Shown: positions 1 to 9,944, counted from the first letter of the stretch. The stretch is DNA of 64,000 bases from an uncultured delta proteobacterium (GCA_963699755.1 CAVOVB010000002.1:512001-576000), one strand, 5' to 3'. Translations and numbers: made by a program. The notes: a model not told the origin generated them from the letters alone.

Positions 1-1
1 C

Positions 2-2215
2 GACGCCATGAAACGCGTGCACTGCGCGCACCTCCTGCGGTGCTCGAAGCTCGCTCAAGACCTCGAAGGCGCGACGGTGCAGCGCCCGGCGGGCCTCCGC
101 AGGAATCGATGCTGCAACAAGGTCCGCGATGAAGGGATGAACGATGCTCACCCTTCCGCCGTCGAGTTGCACCAGCGAGTTCCCCGCCAGCTCGTCCAGA
201 CCGCTCAGCTCATCGTGCTCGGAGACGGCGCGTAGGGTGTCCAAGTCACAGGTCCTGCCGAGAACCGCTGCAGATTGAAGGAGACGCTGTGCATCCACTT
301 CGAGACGTTCGATGCGCTGCGCGATCGCGTCAGCCATCCGCAGTGCCCCTCCGTCCTCCGGGGAGACCCCGAGCGCCTCCAGTTGCTCGAGGTGCAACGG
401 TAGAACATGCCCGCCCACCGCCTGGGTAATCTTATCGAGCCCGGATACGAGCCGGAGATGGAACGAGCCTGCCAAGAACTGCTCGGCCTGCTCTGAATCG
501 AGCCCTTCGAGGCGGATCGCTTCGTCTGCAAGGATGCCGCGATCGTCATCGCCAGCCGTCACCAAGAGCACCGGCTCAGTCCCGAGCGCCCGTGAAAGCT
601 CGACGACGGTGCGCTGGGTGAGCCCGTCGCACAGCGAGAGGTCGTCGACGATTAGCATCACACGACCGCTCGATGCCCGCCCTCGCGCGCGACGCACCGC
701 ACATGCGAGCGCTTCGGCCACGGCCCCCGTGCGGGATCTGCCGTCACCACCGAGGAGACCTGCCGGGTTCATGACTTCGTCGAGGCCCGCGCTCGCAAGT
801 GCAGACCCCAGATCGTCTCCGCGAACCGCCATCCGCGCAAGCTCGGAATCGTCGACCTCTAGCAGCTCGGCCAAGATCGTCCGAATTGCCGAGTAAGGAA
901 CCGGCGAGCCAGTGGAATGTGCACCCGCCCCGATGACTAGGTCACCCTCGGCCGCAGCAATCTCGGCGATCTCCGTGAGGAAGCGTGTTTTCCCGACGCC
1001 CGATTCTCCAAACACGTGAACCCAATGCGCTCCCTGAGCAGCCTCATGGCGATGCTCGCGAATCTGACGAAGCTCTTCCTTGCGCCCCACGAATAATCGC
1101 TGCGACCCGAGCGGAGGGTAGAACGAAGGCCGAAGCGAACGGCTGACACCCAAGCCCCGTTCAGCCCCAGTCAGCCGGGCGCCGCATTCGCCGCAGAAAT
1201 TCTGGGCGTGAGAGGTCGGCGCGCCACAGCTCGGACAGGGAAGGACCGAGGCGCGAAGGATGAGTGTGTCTTCCATTGCACTACGCAGCGCCTGCTGCAT
1301 ATCGCGAGCGACCTGGTAGCGGCCGCTGGGATCCTTCGCGAGCGCCTTCATCGTCACTTCCGCAAGTCGATCGGGGACTTCGCGCGGCGGGTTCGCTTCG
1401 CGCGGATCGGGAATCGGGTCGTTCATGTGTCTCAGCACGACGCGGGTCGGCGTGTCGTCGATGTAAGGCAGGTGCCCGGTCAGCAGCTCGAAGAGAACGA
1501 CGCCAAGCGCGTAGAGATCGCCACGGCCATCCACGCCGTCTCCTCGGCCCTGCTCTGGTGACATGTAGTCCGGCGTGCCGCATACTAGCCCCGGCTTGGT
1601 AATCGAGCTTTCCTTGCCCACGATCGTGGCAAGCCCGAAGTCGACTACCTTGACCAGATCGTCCCCGGACCGAAGGGGGCGCAAGATGATGTTCTCAGGC
1701 TTCAGGTCACGATGCACGATGCCCAGCTCGTGTGCTTCGCCAAGCGCGTCGAGAGTGTTGATGAGGATCTTGCAGATGCGCTCCGCTTCGAGCGGCCCCT
1801 CTTCGTGCATCACGAGCGCCAAGTCCTTGCCGCTCAAGAACTCCATTGCGAGGTAGAGAATCCCGTCATCGGTCCGACCGAAATCGATGATGCTGACGCT
1901 ATTGGGGTGATTGAGGCGGCTCGAAGCGCGGGCTTCCTGATAGAAGCGAGCGACAGTCTGTTCGTCACTCAGCAGATGGGGGTGGATGACTTTGACTGCG
2001 ACGGTGCGCCCCAGCGTCGATTGCTCAGCCTTGTACACCCGGCCCATGCCCCCCACGCCGACCACCTCTTGCAAGAGATAGGTTCCCCCTACCGTGCGAC
2101 CGATGAGCGGATCTGCACCACCGCCCCTATCCTGCTCGTCGGAAGGCGCCCCACAGGCAGAACAAAAGCGCGCGGCATCTTCTACCGACGCGCCACATTG
2201 ATGGCACAAACGCAC
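2..2215 (-). CDS. Zn-ribbon + Ser/Thr protein kinase + second Zn-ribbon + AAA/STAND-type ATPase; 3' end runs off the window
   Basis: Absent from the ORF track because there is no stop in the window; translated by hand from GTG at 2215. Shows CHQC..CSAC, GVGGMGRVY, VAVK, HRDLKPEN, DFG, GTPDYMSPE, then CPSC..CGEC, FVGR, Walker A GESGVGKT and Walker B-like LIVDDL. Confidence 0.9.
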   Translation of the reverse strand, partial: MRLCHQCGASVEDAARFCSACGAPSDEQDRGGGADPLIGRTVGGTYLLQEVVGVGGMGRVYKAEQSTLGRTVAVKVIHPHLLSDEQTVARFYQEARASSRLNHPNSVSIIDFGRTDDGILYLAMEFLSGKDLALVMHEEGPLEAERICKILINTLDALGEAHELGIVHRDLKPENIILRPLRSGDDLVKVVDFGLATIVGKESSITKPGLVCGTPDYMSPEQGRGDGVDGRGDLYALGVVLFELLTGHLPYIDDTPTRVVLRHMNDPIPDPREANPPREVPDRLAEVTMKALAKDPSGRYQVARDMQQALRSAMEDTLILRASVLPCPSCGAPTSHAQNFCGECGARLTGAERGLGVSRSLRPSFYPPLGSQRLFVGRKEELRQIREHRHEAAQGAHWVHVFGESGVGKTRFLTEIAEIAAAEGDLVIGAGAHSTGSPVPYSAIRTILAELLEVDDSELARMAVRGDDLGSALASAGLDEVMNPAGLLGGDGRSRTGAVAEALACAVRRARGRASSGRVMLIVDDLSLCDGLTQRTVVELSRALGTEPVLLVTAGDDDRGILADEAIRLEGLDSEQAEQFLAGSFHLRLVSGLDKITQAVGGHVLPLHLEQLEALGVSPEDGGALRMADAIAQRIERLEVDAQRLLQSAAVLGRTCDLDTLRAVSEHDELSGLDELAGNSLVQLDGGRVSIVHPFIADLVAASIPAEARRALHRRAFEVLSELRAPQEVRAVHAFHGV

Positions 2216-2553
2216 TTCCTCAGCATATCCCACGGCGTGCCCGGCTCAAACTGGCGAAAGGCTGAACACCTGACCGGTGTCAGCGCGGCTCTCCGCGTCG
2301 TACCGAATCGCTTCGTCGGCGGCCGACCGTATCCGCGGAGCATGGATGAGCACTTCGTCGTAGCTGTTGGAACAAGCCTGTCCCTCGTCAGCGAGCCGCT
2401 CTAAGATCGCGACGCCGCCGATCTCTGTCGGCCGTCCGCTTGAGCCCCCCGCTCACAGTCCCCCCAGTCTAGCGAAGGACGGTCTCTGCTCTGCGGGCGG
2501 GGCCGAAACAGCGCAAATAGACATGGAAGCCCGGCCTGCTAGAGTCGGCCCCA

Positions 2554-3069
2554 GTGAGGCGGCGGCTGGCAATCTGGCTCGTGTTGAGCCTGACAACGAT
2601 AGCTTGTGCCACCACCGGCACGCTCCGAAACGGAGTCTACCGGGGTGACGAAACGTCCTATCGAATCGGCCCCGTCGGCGAGGGCTGGACGGCCGTCACG
2701 GTCAACAAGCAAAACGACCTGGCCTGGCACAACGAAGCCAAGGAGGCGATCATCCACGTCGACTCGGAGTGCGACCCGGCCGACGACATTCCTCTCAAAG
2801 CGCTTCGCAACCACCTGATGATCGGCTTCACCGAGCGCGAAGTGGCCCTCGAGGAGCTCGTCCCGATGGATGGTCGCGAAGCTCTACGCACGCGATTCCG
2901 GGCCAAGCTCGACGGCGTGCCGCGCGACTTCCTTCTGCAGATCCTCAAAAAGGACGGCTGCGTCTACGACTTCGGCTTGATTACGCCGCCCGGTCCGAGC
3001 TTCGAAGAGGCCCTGCCGGATTTCGACCGAATGCTCGCCGGGTTCTCTACGACACCGGGTCAGCCATGA
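2554..3069 (+). CDS. Lipoprotein of unknown function (possibly PsbP/DcrB-like fold)
   Basis: Signal peptide with lipobox TIAC; stop overlaps the next start (ATGA). The fold is a guess from the beta-rich pattern and the ending FDRMLAGF. Confidence 0.7.
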   Translation: MRRRLAIWLVLSLTTIACATTGTLRNGVYRGDETSYRIGPVGEGWTAVTVNKQNDLAWHNEAKEAIIHVDSECDPADDIPLKALRNHLMIGFTEREVALEELVPMDGREALRTRFRAKLDGVPRDFLLQILKKDGCVYDFGLITPPGPSFEEALPDFDRMLAGFSTTPGQP

Positions 3070-3887
3070 GCTCCGCCGCGCCATCGACGCGCCCCCGCAA
3101 CTTCGCGGCCTGGGCCGACTTCCAGATCCGGCGCCTTCGGACGTTCGCCGAAGAAGTGGGCGCCGCGACGCTGCTCGCCGGGCGAACGTTTCGCACGATG
3201 TTCACGACGCGGTTCGATACCAGCGAGTTCATCTATCAGCTTGAGCAGCTCGGCGTCCGAAGCCTTGCGATCGCCGCGGCAACGGCGATCTTCGTCGGAA
3301 TCGTGATGACCATTCAGTTTGCGGTGTCCATGGAAGCTTTCGGCGCCAAAGACACGCTCGGCCGCGTCATCGGGGTTTCCGAGGCCCGCGAGCTAGCACC
3401 TTCGCTGACCGCCCTCGTCGTAGGCAGCCGGATTGCTGCGGGAATCGCAGCGGAGCTCGGTTCCATGACGGTAACCGAACAGGTCGACGCGATCCGAGCA
3501 TTGGGCGCCGATCCGATTCGCAAGCTCGTCATACCTCGTCTGGCTGCCTGCATCGTGATCATGCCTTTGATCACTTTCATCGCATTCATCCTCGGCATGA
3601 TCAGCTCGATGCTCGTCGCGGCGCTCTCCTATGGGATTCCGATGGAGTTCTTCTTCTCTACGGCGCTCGACTCGCTCAGGATCAACGACTTCATCAGTGG
3701 TGTCTCGAAGACGCCCTTCTTTGGCTTCTTGATTGCGATTCTTGGTTGCTACTTCGGCTTGCAGACACGCGGCGGAACCGAAGGCGTCGGCCGTTCTACC
3801 ACCAGGGCGGTGGTCGTTGTCTCGATCAGCATCTTGATGGCCGACGCACTGCTCACCCAGATTTTCGTGAGCCTGGGGACGCTCTGA
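3066..3887 (+). CDS. mlaE: MlaE-family ABC transporter permease
   Basis: RELAPSLTALVVGSRIAAGIAAELGSMTVTEQVDAIRALGADPIRKLVIPR and GGTEGVGRSTT signatures; likely start is ATG 3066, in frame with ORF 2769..3887. Confidence 0.9.
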   Translation: MSSAAPSTRPRNFAAWADFQIRRLRTFAEEVGAATLLAGRTFRTMFTTRFDTSEFIYQLEQLGVRSLAIAAATAIFVGIVMTIQFAVSMEAFGAKDTLGRVIGVSEARELAPSLTALVVGSRIAAGIAAELGSMTVTEQVDAIRALGADPIRKLVIPRLAACIVIMPLITFIAFILGMISSMLVAALSYGIPMEFFFSTALDSLRINDFISGVSKTPFFGFLIAILGCYFGLQTRGGTEGVGRSTTRAVVVVSISILMADALLTQIFVSLGTL

Positions 3888-3930
3888 GAAGAATCAGATC
3901 CAAAAGGGGGCGCCGAACGTCCAATCCGAC

Positions 3931-6078
3931 ATGACTCGCTGGCTTTGTTTGGGGCTCTTCCTCTGGATCGCGGGCTGTTCGTATGCGCCTGAACCGCTTC
4001 GCTCCACTCCACAGGACTTGAGTCCCTCCTTGATGAGGGCTCCGGCGCTCGATCTCAGGAGGCTGGCCAAGACCGACGATTGCGCCAACTGTCACTCTGA
4101 CGTCGCGTCGCACTGGATGAACAGTGCGCATGCATACGCCTCGTTCGACAATCCCTGGTACCGCGCGAGCATAGATCAATTTCGCGAGCAGCGAGGTGAG
4201 GAGGCAAGTCGTTTCTGTGCAGGCTGCCACGACCCACTTCTCCTGATGTCCGGAGACATCGACCAGGACGTCGTGCCGGACAACGAGCTCGCGTCCGCTG
4301 GCATCACCTGCCTCATCTGCCACAGCGTCGAGTCCACGCGACCCGATGGCAACGCGAGCTTCACTCTCACCGACACGGCCGTCCTCCTGCCAGATCCAGC
4401 GAACCCCGAAGAGATCGAAGCCCACCGTGCGCGGCTCACGCTCGAGCCACTCCGCAGCGCGGCGCTCTGCGGCTCTTGCCACCGTTCTTTTTCGGGCCCG
4501 TCGATCGGCAATGAAAATCACCTTCCCGGAATCGATGACCTCGGCGACTGGGCATCGTCTGCATTCGCTGGCGCGGTGCAAGATCGGCTCACGTCGGTCG
4601 AGCAGGACAACTGTCAGGGCTGCCACATGCCCACTGAGGCTGCATCCGACGCCGAGATGGCCGGAACGATCGACGGAATGGTGAGCAGTCACCGCTGGGC
4701 CGCATCCCATACGGCGATGGCAGCCCAGATGCCAGACCCCAGGCAGGCCGAGCAGGCCAGCACCGAGCTTGAAGGAGCAGTACTGGTCGACATCGGCGCG
4801 GTGCGCGCCGGCCAGCGTCGCTACCTGTTTCCAAGAGAATCGAGGCTCCGGGGCACAGAGCGCCTGGTCTTCGACGTTTTGCTCGAGAACCAACGGGCTG
4901 GCCATCGCTTTCCCGGCGGCGTGCGCGACATGCACGACGTTTGGGTCGAAGTCGAGGTTCGCGACGCATCCGGCGAGTTGCTCGCAGTGTCGCGTCCGAG
5001 CGAGGACGGGAACGACGACCTGTTCGTGCTGCGCGCCACGATTCTCGATGCCGAAGCTAGACCCGAGATTTTGCATCAGGTGCACCGTTTCTCGGCGCCG
5101 GCTTTCGACCGGACGCTACCCGCCCAGGAGGCACAGGCCGTTCGCTACTCGATGACTCTTCCGCAACGGCTCGAGCTCCCGCTGCGGGTCGATGCGCGGT
5201 TGCTGCACCGCAAGCACAGCCTGGAGTTCCAAGCATTGGCCTGTGAAGCCAGTCGCACGGAGCGGGGCGTCGACTTCGCCAAGAGTGCCGAGAAGCACGG
5301 CAAGGTCGCCCTCGATCCTTGCCTCGAGCAGCCAATCACCGAGGTCGGCGCTGCAACGGTCTGGATGGGGCATGGGGCGGGTGAGCACGAAGCAAGCGGA
5401 GGCGCGGGGCGGCCCTTCGTCGAACGTTTGCTCACACAATCCCTCGCGCTCCTGCACTCCAAACAAGAGCACGTGCACGTCGCGAAGCCGAGCATCGAGC
5501 GCGCGCTCCGCTTGGCGTCCGAATCGCAATCCCCGATCCTGCAAGCTCAGGCCCTCGTGTTGCGGGCGCGTCTCTCCTCGATGCAGGGGAGAGCGGACGA
5601 GGCCGCTGCGTTTGCCCGGCGTGCCGAAGCGCTCGTCGGACCGAACCCCGTGCTCGATCGCGTGCGGGGAGACGCCTACGCCCGGGTGTGGCGCTGGCGA
5701 GCAGCAGCAGACGCCTATCAGCGCGTCGCCCAGGTCGCACCCCTCGACTGGCGCATCTGGCGAGACCTCGCTCGGGCCTATGGAAGCCTCTCCGATGAGC
5801 TAAATGCCCTATCCGCTGCGGAGACCGGCCTCCGCTTAGCGCCACGCGACGAAAGCCTCTTGCGGAGTCGAGCCCTTGCCCTCGAAGGCCTTGGCCGTCC
5901 GGACGCGGCGTCTGCGAAACAGCGATGGCTCGCGCATCGGTCCCCAGACGCGCAGCCGAAGCTTCTCGCCGCCTGTGAGGAAGAACACCAGAGGTGCCGT
6001 CGGGACCGGCAACCGATACCGCACTACAGGCTCTCACCCCCTCGAAAAGCGATTCACGCGCGCGTCGATCCCGGATAG
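3931..6078 (+). CDS. Multiheme c-type cytochrome lipoprotein (5 CxxCH) with C-terminal TPR-like region
   Basis: Lipobox IAGC; CANCH, CAGCH, CLICH, CGSCH, CQGCH; GHRFPGG motif; Ala/Leu/Arg-rich helical repeats at the C-terminus. Confidence 0.85.
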   Translation: MTRWLCLGLFLWIAGCSYAPEPLRSTPQDLSPSLMRAPALDLRRLAKTDDCANCHSDVASHWMNSAHAYASFDNPWYRASIDQFREQRGEEASRFCAGCHDPLLLMSGDIDQDVVPDNELASAGITCLICHSVESTRPDGNASFTLTDTAVLLPDPANPEEIEAHRARLTLEPLRSAALCGSCHRSFSGPSIGNENHLPGIDDLGDWASSAFAGAVQDRLTSVEQDNCQGCHMPTEAASDAEMAGTIDGMVSSHRWAASHTAMAAQMPDPRQAEQASTELEGAVLVDIGAVRAGQRRYLFPRESRLRGTERLVFDVLLENQRAGHRFPGGVRDMHDVWVEVEVRDASGELLAVSRPSEDGNDDLFVLRATILDAEARPEILHQVHRFSAPAFDRTLPAQEAQAVRYSMTLPQRLELPLRVDARLLHRKHSLEFQALACEASRTERGVDFAKSAEKHGKVALDPCLEQPITEVGAATVWMGHGAGEHEASGGAGRPFVERLLTQSLALLHSKQEHVHVAKPSIERALRLASESQSPILQAQALVLRARLSSMQGRADEAAAFARRAEALVGPNPVLDRVRGDAYARVWRWRAAADAYQRVAQVAPLDWRIWRDLARAYGSLSDELNALSAAETGLRLAPRDESLLRSRALALEGLGRPDAASAKQRWLAHRSPDAQPKLLAACEEEHQRCRRDRQPIPHYRLSPPRKAIHARVDPG

Positions 6079-6087
6079 GATAGAGCG

Positions 6088-6327
6088 ATGTCGAAGCGCT
6101 ATCAGAAGAAGAGCTCCGCCGGCAAGAAGCGCGAGAAGAAGGGTCATGGCCCGTCCCGCAACACGGTTGGGGGACAAACCACGGGCGTCATGGGCAACAT
6201 GATCGGCGGCTTTCGTCGGGCTGTGGGCTCGGAGACCTCGAAAGACGGCAAGAGTGGAAGTCTGCTCTGGACGGCAGTCCTCGTGACGGCCGCCATCGCG
6301 ATCATTGCTTGGAACTTCGCACGCTAG
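6088..6327 (+). CDS. Small basic protein with a single C-terminal TM helix
   Basis: Lys-rich N-terminus and [17 protein letters not shown] near the C-terminus; fills the gap between the cytochrome gene and aroC. Confidence 0.65.
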   Translation: MSKRYQKKSSAGKKREKKGHGPSRNTVGGQTTGVMGNMIGGFRRAVGSETSKDGKSGSLLWTAVLVTAAIAIIAWNFAR

Positions 6328-7424
6328 TCTCGGATCGCACGCCAGCGCAACCAGTGGTCGGCCAGCACGAGGGCGACCATCGCCTCAGCCATTGGAACGA
6401 AGCGGGGCAGCAGGCAGGGGTCGTGACGGCCGGTCGTGCGAATCGTCGTCCCGTCGCCAGCTGACGTCACCGTGTCCTGGCTTCGTGGAAGACTGCTGGT
6501 TGGTTTCACGGCCGCGCGGAGGACGATCGGCATTCCACTGGAAATCCCACCAAGCATGCCGCCATGACGATTGCTGCGTGTGCGGATGACGCCTTGTGCG
6601 TCGGTTTCGAATGCGTCGTTGTTCTCGCTGCCGCGCGCGGTGGCAACCGCAAAGCCTGCGCCGTACTCGACACCCAACACCGCGGGCAAACTGAACAGGG
6701 CCTTGCCGAGGTCGGCCTTGAGCTTGTCGAAAACCGGCTCACCCAATCCCGCAGGTACGTTCCGCGCGACGATTTCAGCGACCCCTCCGATCGAGTCTTG
6801 GTCTTTTCGCATCTTCTCGATGAGCTTGACCATCCGCTCCGCCGCCGCAGGATCGGGACAGCGAACGATGTTCGGCTCCCCGTCGGGGAGCTTTTCGACC
6901 TGATCGAGTGCAACCGCCGGAGGAATCGCGGCTTTGATGTCCCCAACTTGCGTCACATAGCCGAGCACCTCACCGCCGAAAGCATGGGCGATGAGCTTCT
7001 TCGCGACGGCGCCCGCCGCCACTCTTGCGACGGTCTCCCGCGCGCTGCTGCGACCGCCTCCGCGATAATCTCGGCGACCGAACTTCGCATCAAAGGTGTA
7101 GTCGGCATGCCCTGGTCGGTACACGTCCTTGAGGTTGCTGTAGTCCCGCGCGCGCTGGTCCTCGTTCCGGACGATGATCGCGATGGGCGTGCCGGTCGTC
7201 ACGCCCTCGAATACCCCGGAGAGGATCTCTGGCGCGTCGGGCTCCTTTCGCTGCGTGACGATCTTGCTCTGGCCGGGTCGGCGCCGCTTCAGGTCGGGAA
7301 CGATGTCTTCTTCGGTGAGCGGAAGCCCCGGAGGACATCCGTCGATGATCACCACGTTCGCGGGGCCGTGGCTCTCGCCCGCGGTGGTCACGCGGAAGGC
7401 TCGCCCGAACGTACTACCAGCCAT
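6324..7424 (-). CDS. aroC: Chorismate synthase
   Basis: GESHG, RPGHAD, RSSARET, KPTSS and GRHDPC motifs. Confidence 0.97.
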   Translation of the reverse strand: MAGSTFGRAFRVTTAGESHGPANVVIIDGCPPGLPLTEEDIVPDLKRRRPGQSKIVTQRKEPDAPEILSGVFEGVTTGTPIAIIVRNEDQRARDYSNLKDVYRPGHADYTFDAKFGRRDYRGGGRSSARETVARVAAGAVAKKLIAHAFGGEVLGYVTQVGDIKAAIPPAVALDQVEKLPDGEPNIVRCPDPAAAERMVKLIEKMRKDQDSIGGVAEIVARNVPAGLGEPVFDKLKADLGKALFSLPAVLGVEYGAGFAVATARGSENNDAFETDAQGVIRTRSNRHGGMLGGISSGMPIVLRAAVKPTSSLPRSQDTVTSAGDGTTIRTTGRHDPCLLPRFVPMAEAMVALVLADHWLRWRAIRD

Positions 7425-7430
7425 GAGAGC

Positions 7431-8204
7431 TCACTTGTGGGAGCCCGCGTGACGGCCGATGGCACGCCCGACGAAAAACGGACCCATCTGTTGAATGTAT
7501 TGCGACGTCTGCACCGTGCCTCGCATCGACTGCACCACGTGCGAAAGCGGATGGAGCTCCGCGCCGATCAATCCGATCAGGAACTCGTTGTCGTTGGTGT
7601 CGAGACCGTGGCATGCAAGGCGCACGTCGTGCGCGAGATCTTGTTCACCGTACGCGCGGCCGATCGTCGCGTGCTCGCGAAGGATACCGCCCTTCTCTCT
7701 TCCTTCGAGCTGTTCGAAGGCGCCAGTACGGCGGAGCGGATACCAGACCGCCCAGTTCCATTGCGGATTGAGAACCGTCTGCCTCGGGCGATCGAGGAGC
7801 CAGAATTCGAGGTCCTGCTCGTAGCCGCTGCTGTAGGTCCGGCCGATCATCGTGAGCTCGGGGCGAAGCGTCCAATCGCGCAGAGGGGCCGCCTCGAACA
7901 GGGGTCGAACCGAATCTACGAAGAGCGCCGGGTTCTCGCTGAAGGTCAGCAGGGCGACCCCGCGCGGGTCGTTGGCGTCCGCGTACACGACCGCGGAGAT
8001 GTCGGCTTCTTTCAAGGCGGCGAGCAATGCCTCTTGGTTGGCGGCCACCGAAGTGCCGGCGGGCACCTGAAAAACCAGCAACTGCATGAAGAGCCGCCGA
8101 TCCATGAGCTGGGGCTCGCCGTCTTTTGGAGCGCCCCGCTCACGCGTGTCGATCGTTGGCAAACCGGCGGGCGCGCCGCCGTGTTGTCCGTGCGAATTGG
8201 CCAT
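7431..8204 (-). CDS. chdC: Chlorite dismutase-family protein, probable coproheme decarboxylase (ChdC/HemQ)
   Basis: WYPLRR with the Tyr typical of ChdC, proximal His in REHATIG, GLDTNDNEF, and C-terminal GPFFVG. Confidence 0.75.
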   Translation of the reverse strand: MANSHGQHGGAPAGLPTIDTRERGAPKDGEPQLMDRRLFMQLLVFQVPAGTSVAANQEALLAALKEADISAVVYADANDPRGVALLTFSENPALFVDSVRPLFEAAPLRDWTLRPELTMIGRTYSSGYEQDLEFWLLDRPRQTVLNPQWNWAVWYPLRRTGAFEQLEGREKGGILREHATIGRAYGEQDLAHDVRLACHGLDTNDNEFLIGLIGAELHPLSHVVQSMRGTVQTSQYIQQMGPFFVGRAIGRHAGSHK

Positions 8205-8261
8205 GGGGGACTCATAGCGCTTTTGCCGCCCCTCTGCACAGTGTAGGCTTGCGCGGTTGTC

Positions 8262-9014
8262 ATGATGCGCGCCTTCAAGATCCTAGCGGCCGTACTCATC
8301 TTAGCGCTCCTAGGCCTCGTCGTGCTGGGCTATTCGCTCAACGAACCCAGACCTCAGGGCCAGCCTGGGTCGGAAGCGGATGCGCTCGCCCGATCGATGG
8401 AGGCCGCGGTCCACAAAGAGGACTGGGATCGAACCGGGGCCGTCCGCTGGTCGTTTTTCGAGCGGCATCACTATGTCTGGGATCGCGAGCGCGGTCTGGT
8501 CGAGCTCCGCTGGGGCGATTCCCGTGCCCTTTTCCGTACCGCGGATCAGACTGGTCGCGCCTGGCGAGCCGGCGTGGAGCAAACGGGTGAAGACGCGACG
8601 AAGGCACTGCGCGCTGCCTATGCGTATTGGATCAACGACGCGTTTTGGCTCAACCCGGTGGTCAAGTTCTTCGACCCCGGGGTCGAGCGCTCGCTCGTAA
8701 AGCTCGACGACGGCCGCAATGCCCTTCTCGTGAGCTACAGCTCAGGCGGCGTGACGCCCGGGGATGCGTATTTATGGACCGCTGACGACGAGGGTCTACC
8801 CGAAGCCTGGCGCATGTGGGTCCAGATCATCCCCATCGGCGGGATCGAAACCAGCTGGGAGGGCTGGATCGAGCTCAGCACCGGCGCGAAGGTCTCCACG
8901 CAACACGAAGGCTGGGGTCGTATGATGACCTTCATCAGCAACGTCGAAGGCGCGGAGAATCTGGACGCGCTCGGGGTAGGGCCTGGCTTGTTCGATCCCT
9001 TGTTTCAGGACTGA
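8262..9014 (+). CDS. Membrane-anchored or exported hypothetical protein
   Basis: N-terminal hydrophobic anchor; Trp-rich segments (WINDAFWLNP, GGVTPGDAYLW, WRMWVQIIP). Confidence 0.75.
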   Translation: MMRAFKILAAVLILALLGLVVLGYSLNEPRPQGQPGSEADALARSMEAAVHKEDWDRTGAVRWSFFERHHYVWDRERGLVELRWGDSRALFRTADQTGRAWRAGVEQTGEDATKALRAAYAYWINDAFWLNPVVKFFDPGVERSLVKLDDGRNALLVSYSSGGVTPGDAYLWTADDEGLPEAWRMWVQIIPIGGIETSWEGWIELSTGAKVSTQHEGWGRMMTFISNVEGAENLDALGVGPGLFDPLFQD

Positions 9015-9889
9015 AGACGGCGAGTCAGGCTGAAAACGCCGAGAATGACGAGGAGCGCGCCGAGGATGCTGATCGCGTTCGGGTACTCCCCGAAGAACAA
9101 GACCCCCCAGCTGTAGGCGAGAACGATCTGCAGGTAGGTAACCGCGGACGCCCTTCCGGCGGTTTCGAGCTTGAAGCCTTTGGTGATTTCGATTTGGCCG
9201 AGCTGCGCTGCGACGCCAATACCTAAGAGGAGAAGCCACTCGACGCCTTCGGGAAGCACCAAGCCCTCGAGGGCCAAGAGCGGCAAGGACGCAGGGCCGG
9301 TGACGAGCGGGAAGTAGAGAACGACGACCATGTGGTGTTCAGTCGAGCCTAGACGACGGATCACGACGTATGCGACCGCCGAAAAGATCGCGCCGACGAT
9401 ACCGATCATGACGGCGACTGGATCCAACGCCGCGCCGCCGGAAAACAGAAACGTCGGCTGCGCGACGAGCACGACGCCCACCATGCTGAACAGCGTCGCG
9501 AAGATGTCGAGGCCACGGAGAGGCTCCTTGAGCGCGACGGCCGCAATGAGCGCCGCCAGCATCGGATTGCAGAACTGAATCACCGTGGCGTCGGCGAGCG
9601 GCAGATGGTTGATCGCGTAGAAGTAGCAGCTCAGGCCCATGAAACCTGCGAAGCCGCGGATTAGGAGAAGCCTCTTGTTGTTGCCCCAGGGGTAGATCCC
9701 GAGGCCGCGAATCGCCCACCAGCTCATGACGAGAGTCACGAGCACCCGGGCGAGAACGAGCTCCATCGTCGGCAGGCGCTCGCCCGCGAACTTTGCAAAC
9801 ACGGTCATCGCGCTGAAAAACAGCGTGCCCAGCAACATGTGGCGAATCCCGGGCGTGATGCGATGCCATAGTGGGAAGACGGCCGGCAC
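9005..9889 (-). CDS. DMT/EamA-family transporter
   Basis: About 10 TM helices in two EamA repeats (LPLADATVIQFCNP, LFFGEYP); start is GTG 9889 or ATG 9838. Confidence 0.88.
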   Translation of the reverse strand: MPAVFPLWHRITPGIRHMLLGTLFFSAMTVFAKFAGERLPTMELVLARVLVTLVMSWWAIRGLGIYPWGNNKRLLLIRGFAGFMGLSCYFYAINHLPLADATVIQFCNPMLAALIAAVALKEPLRGLDIFATLFSMVGVVLVAQPTFLFSGGAALDPVAVMIGIVGAIFSAVAYVVIRRLGSTEHHMVVVLYFPLVTGPASLPLLALEGLVLPEGVEWLLLLGIGVAAQLGQIEITKGFKLETAGRASAVTYLQIVLAYSWGVLFFGEYPNAISILGALLVILGVFSLTRRLQS

Positions 9890-9944
9890 CCCGCGCGTTC
9901 TGCCTGGTAATGCGCAGGGCGCAAGCGGGTGATAGGAGAGCCGC

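Noticed and set aside
2216..2553. Intergenic region examined as a possible ncRNA or gene remnant; it has a short open stretch on the minus strand (..ILERLADEGQACSNSYDEVLIH..)
   Set aside because: No tmRNA, RNase P, SRP or tRNA hallmarks, no clear start codon and no family I can recognise.
6564..8246. 560-aa plus-strand ORF, and similar long ORFs at 3853-5085, 21491-22600, 41951-43108 and 55640-57112
   Set aside because: Antisense shadows of well-supported genes, expected at high GC; they show no motifs.
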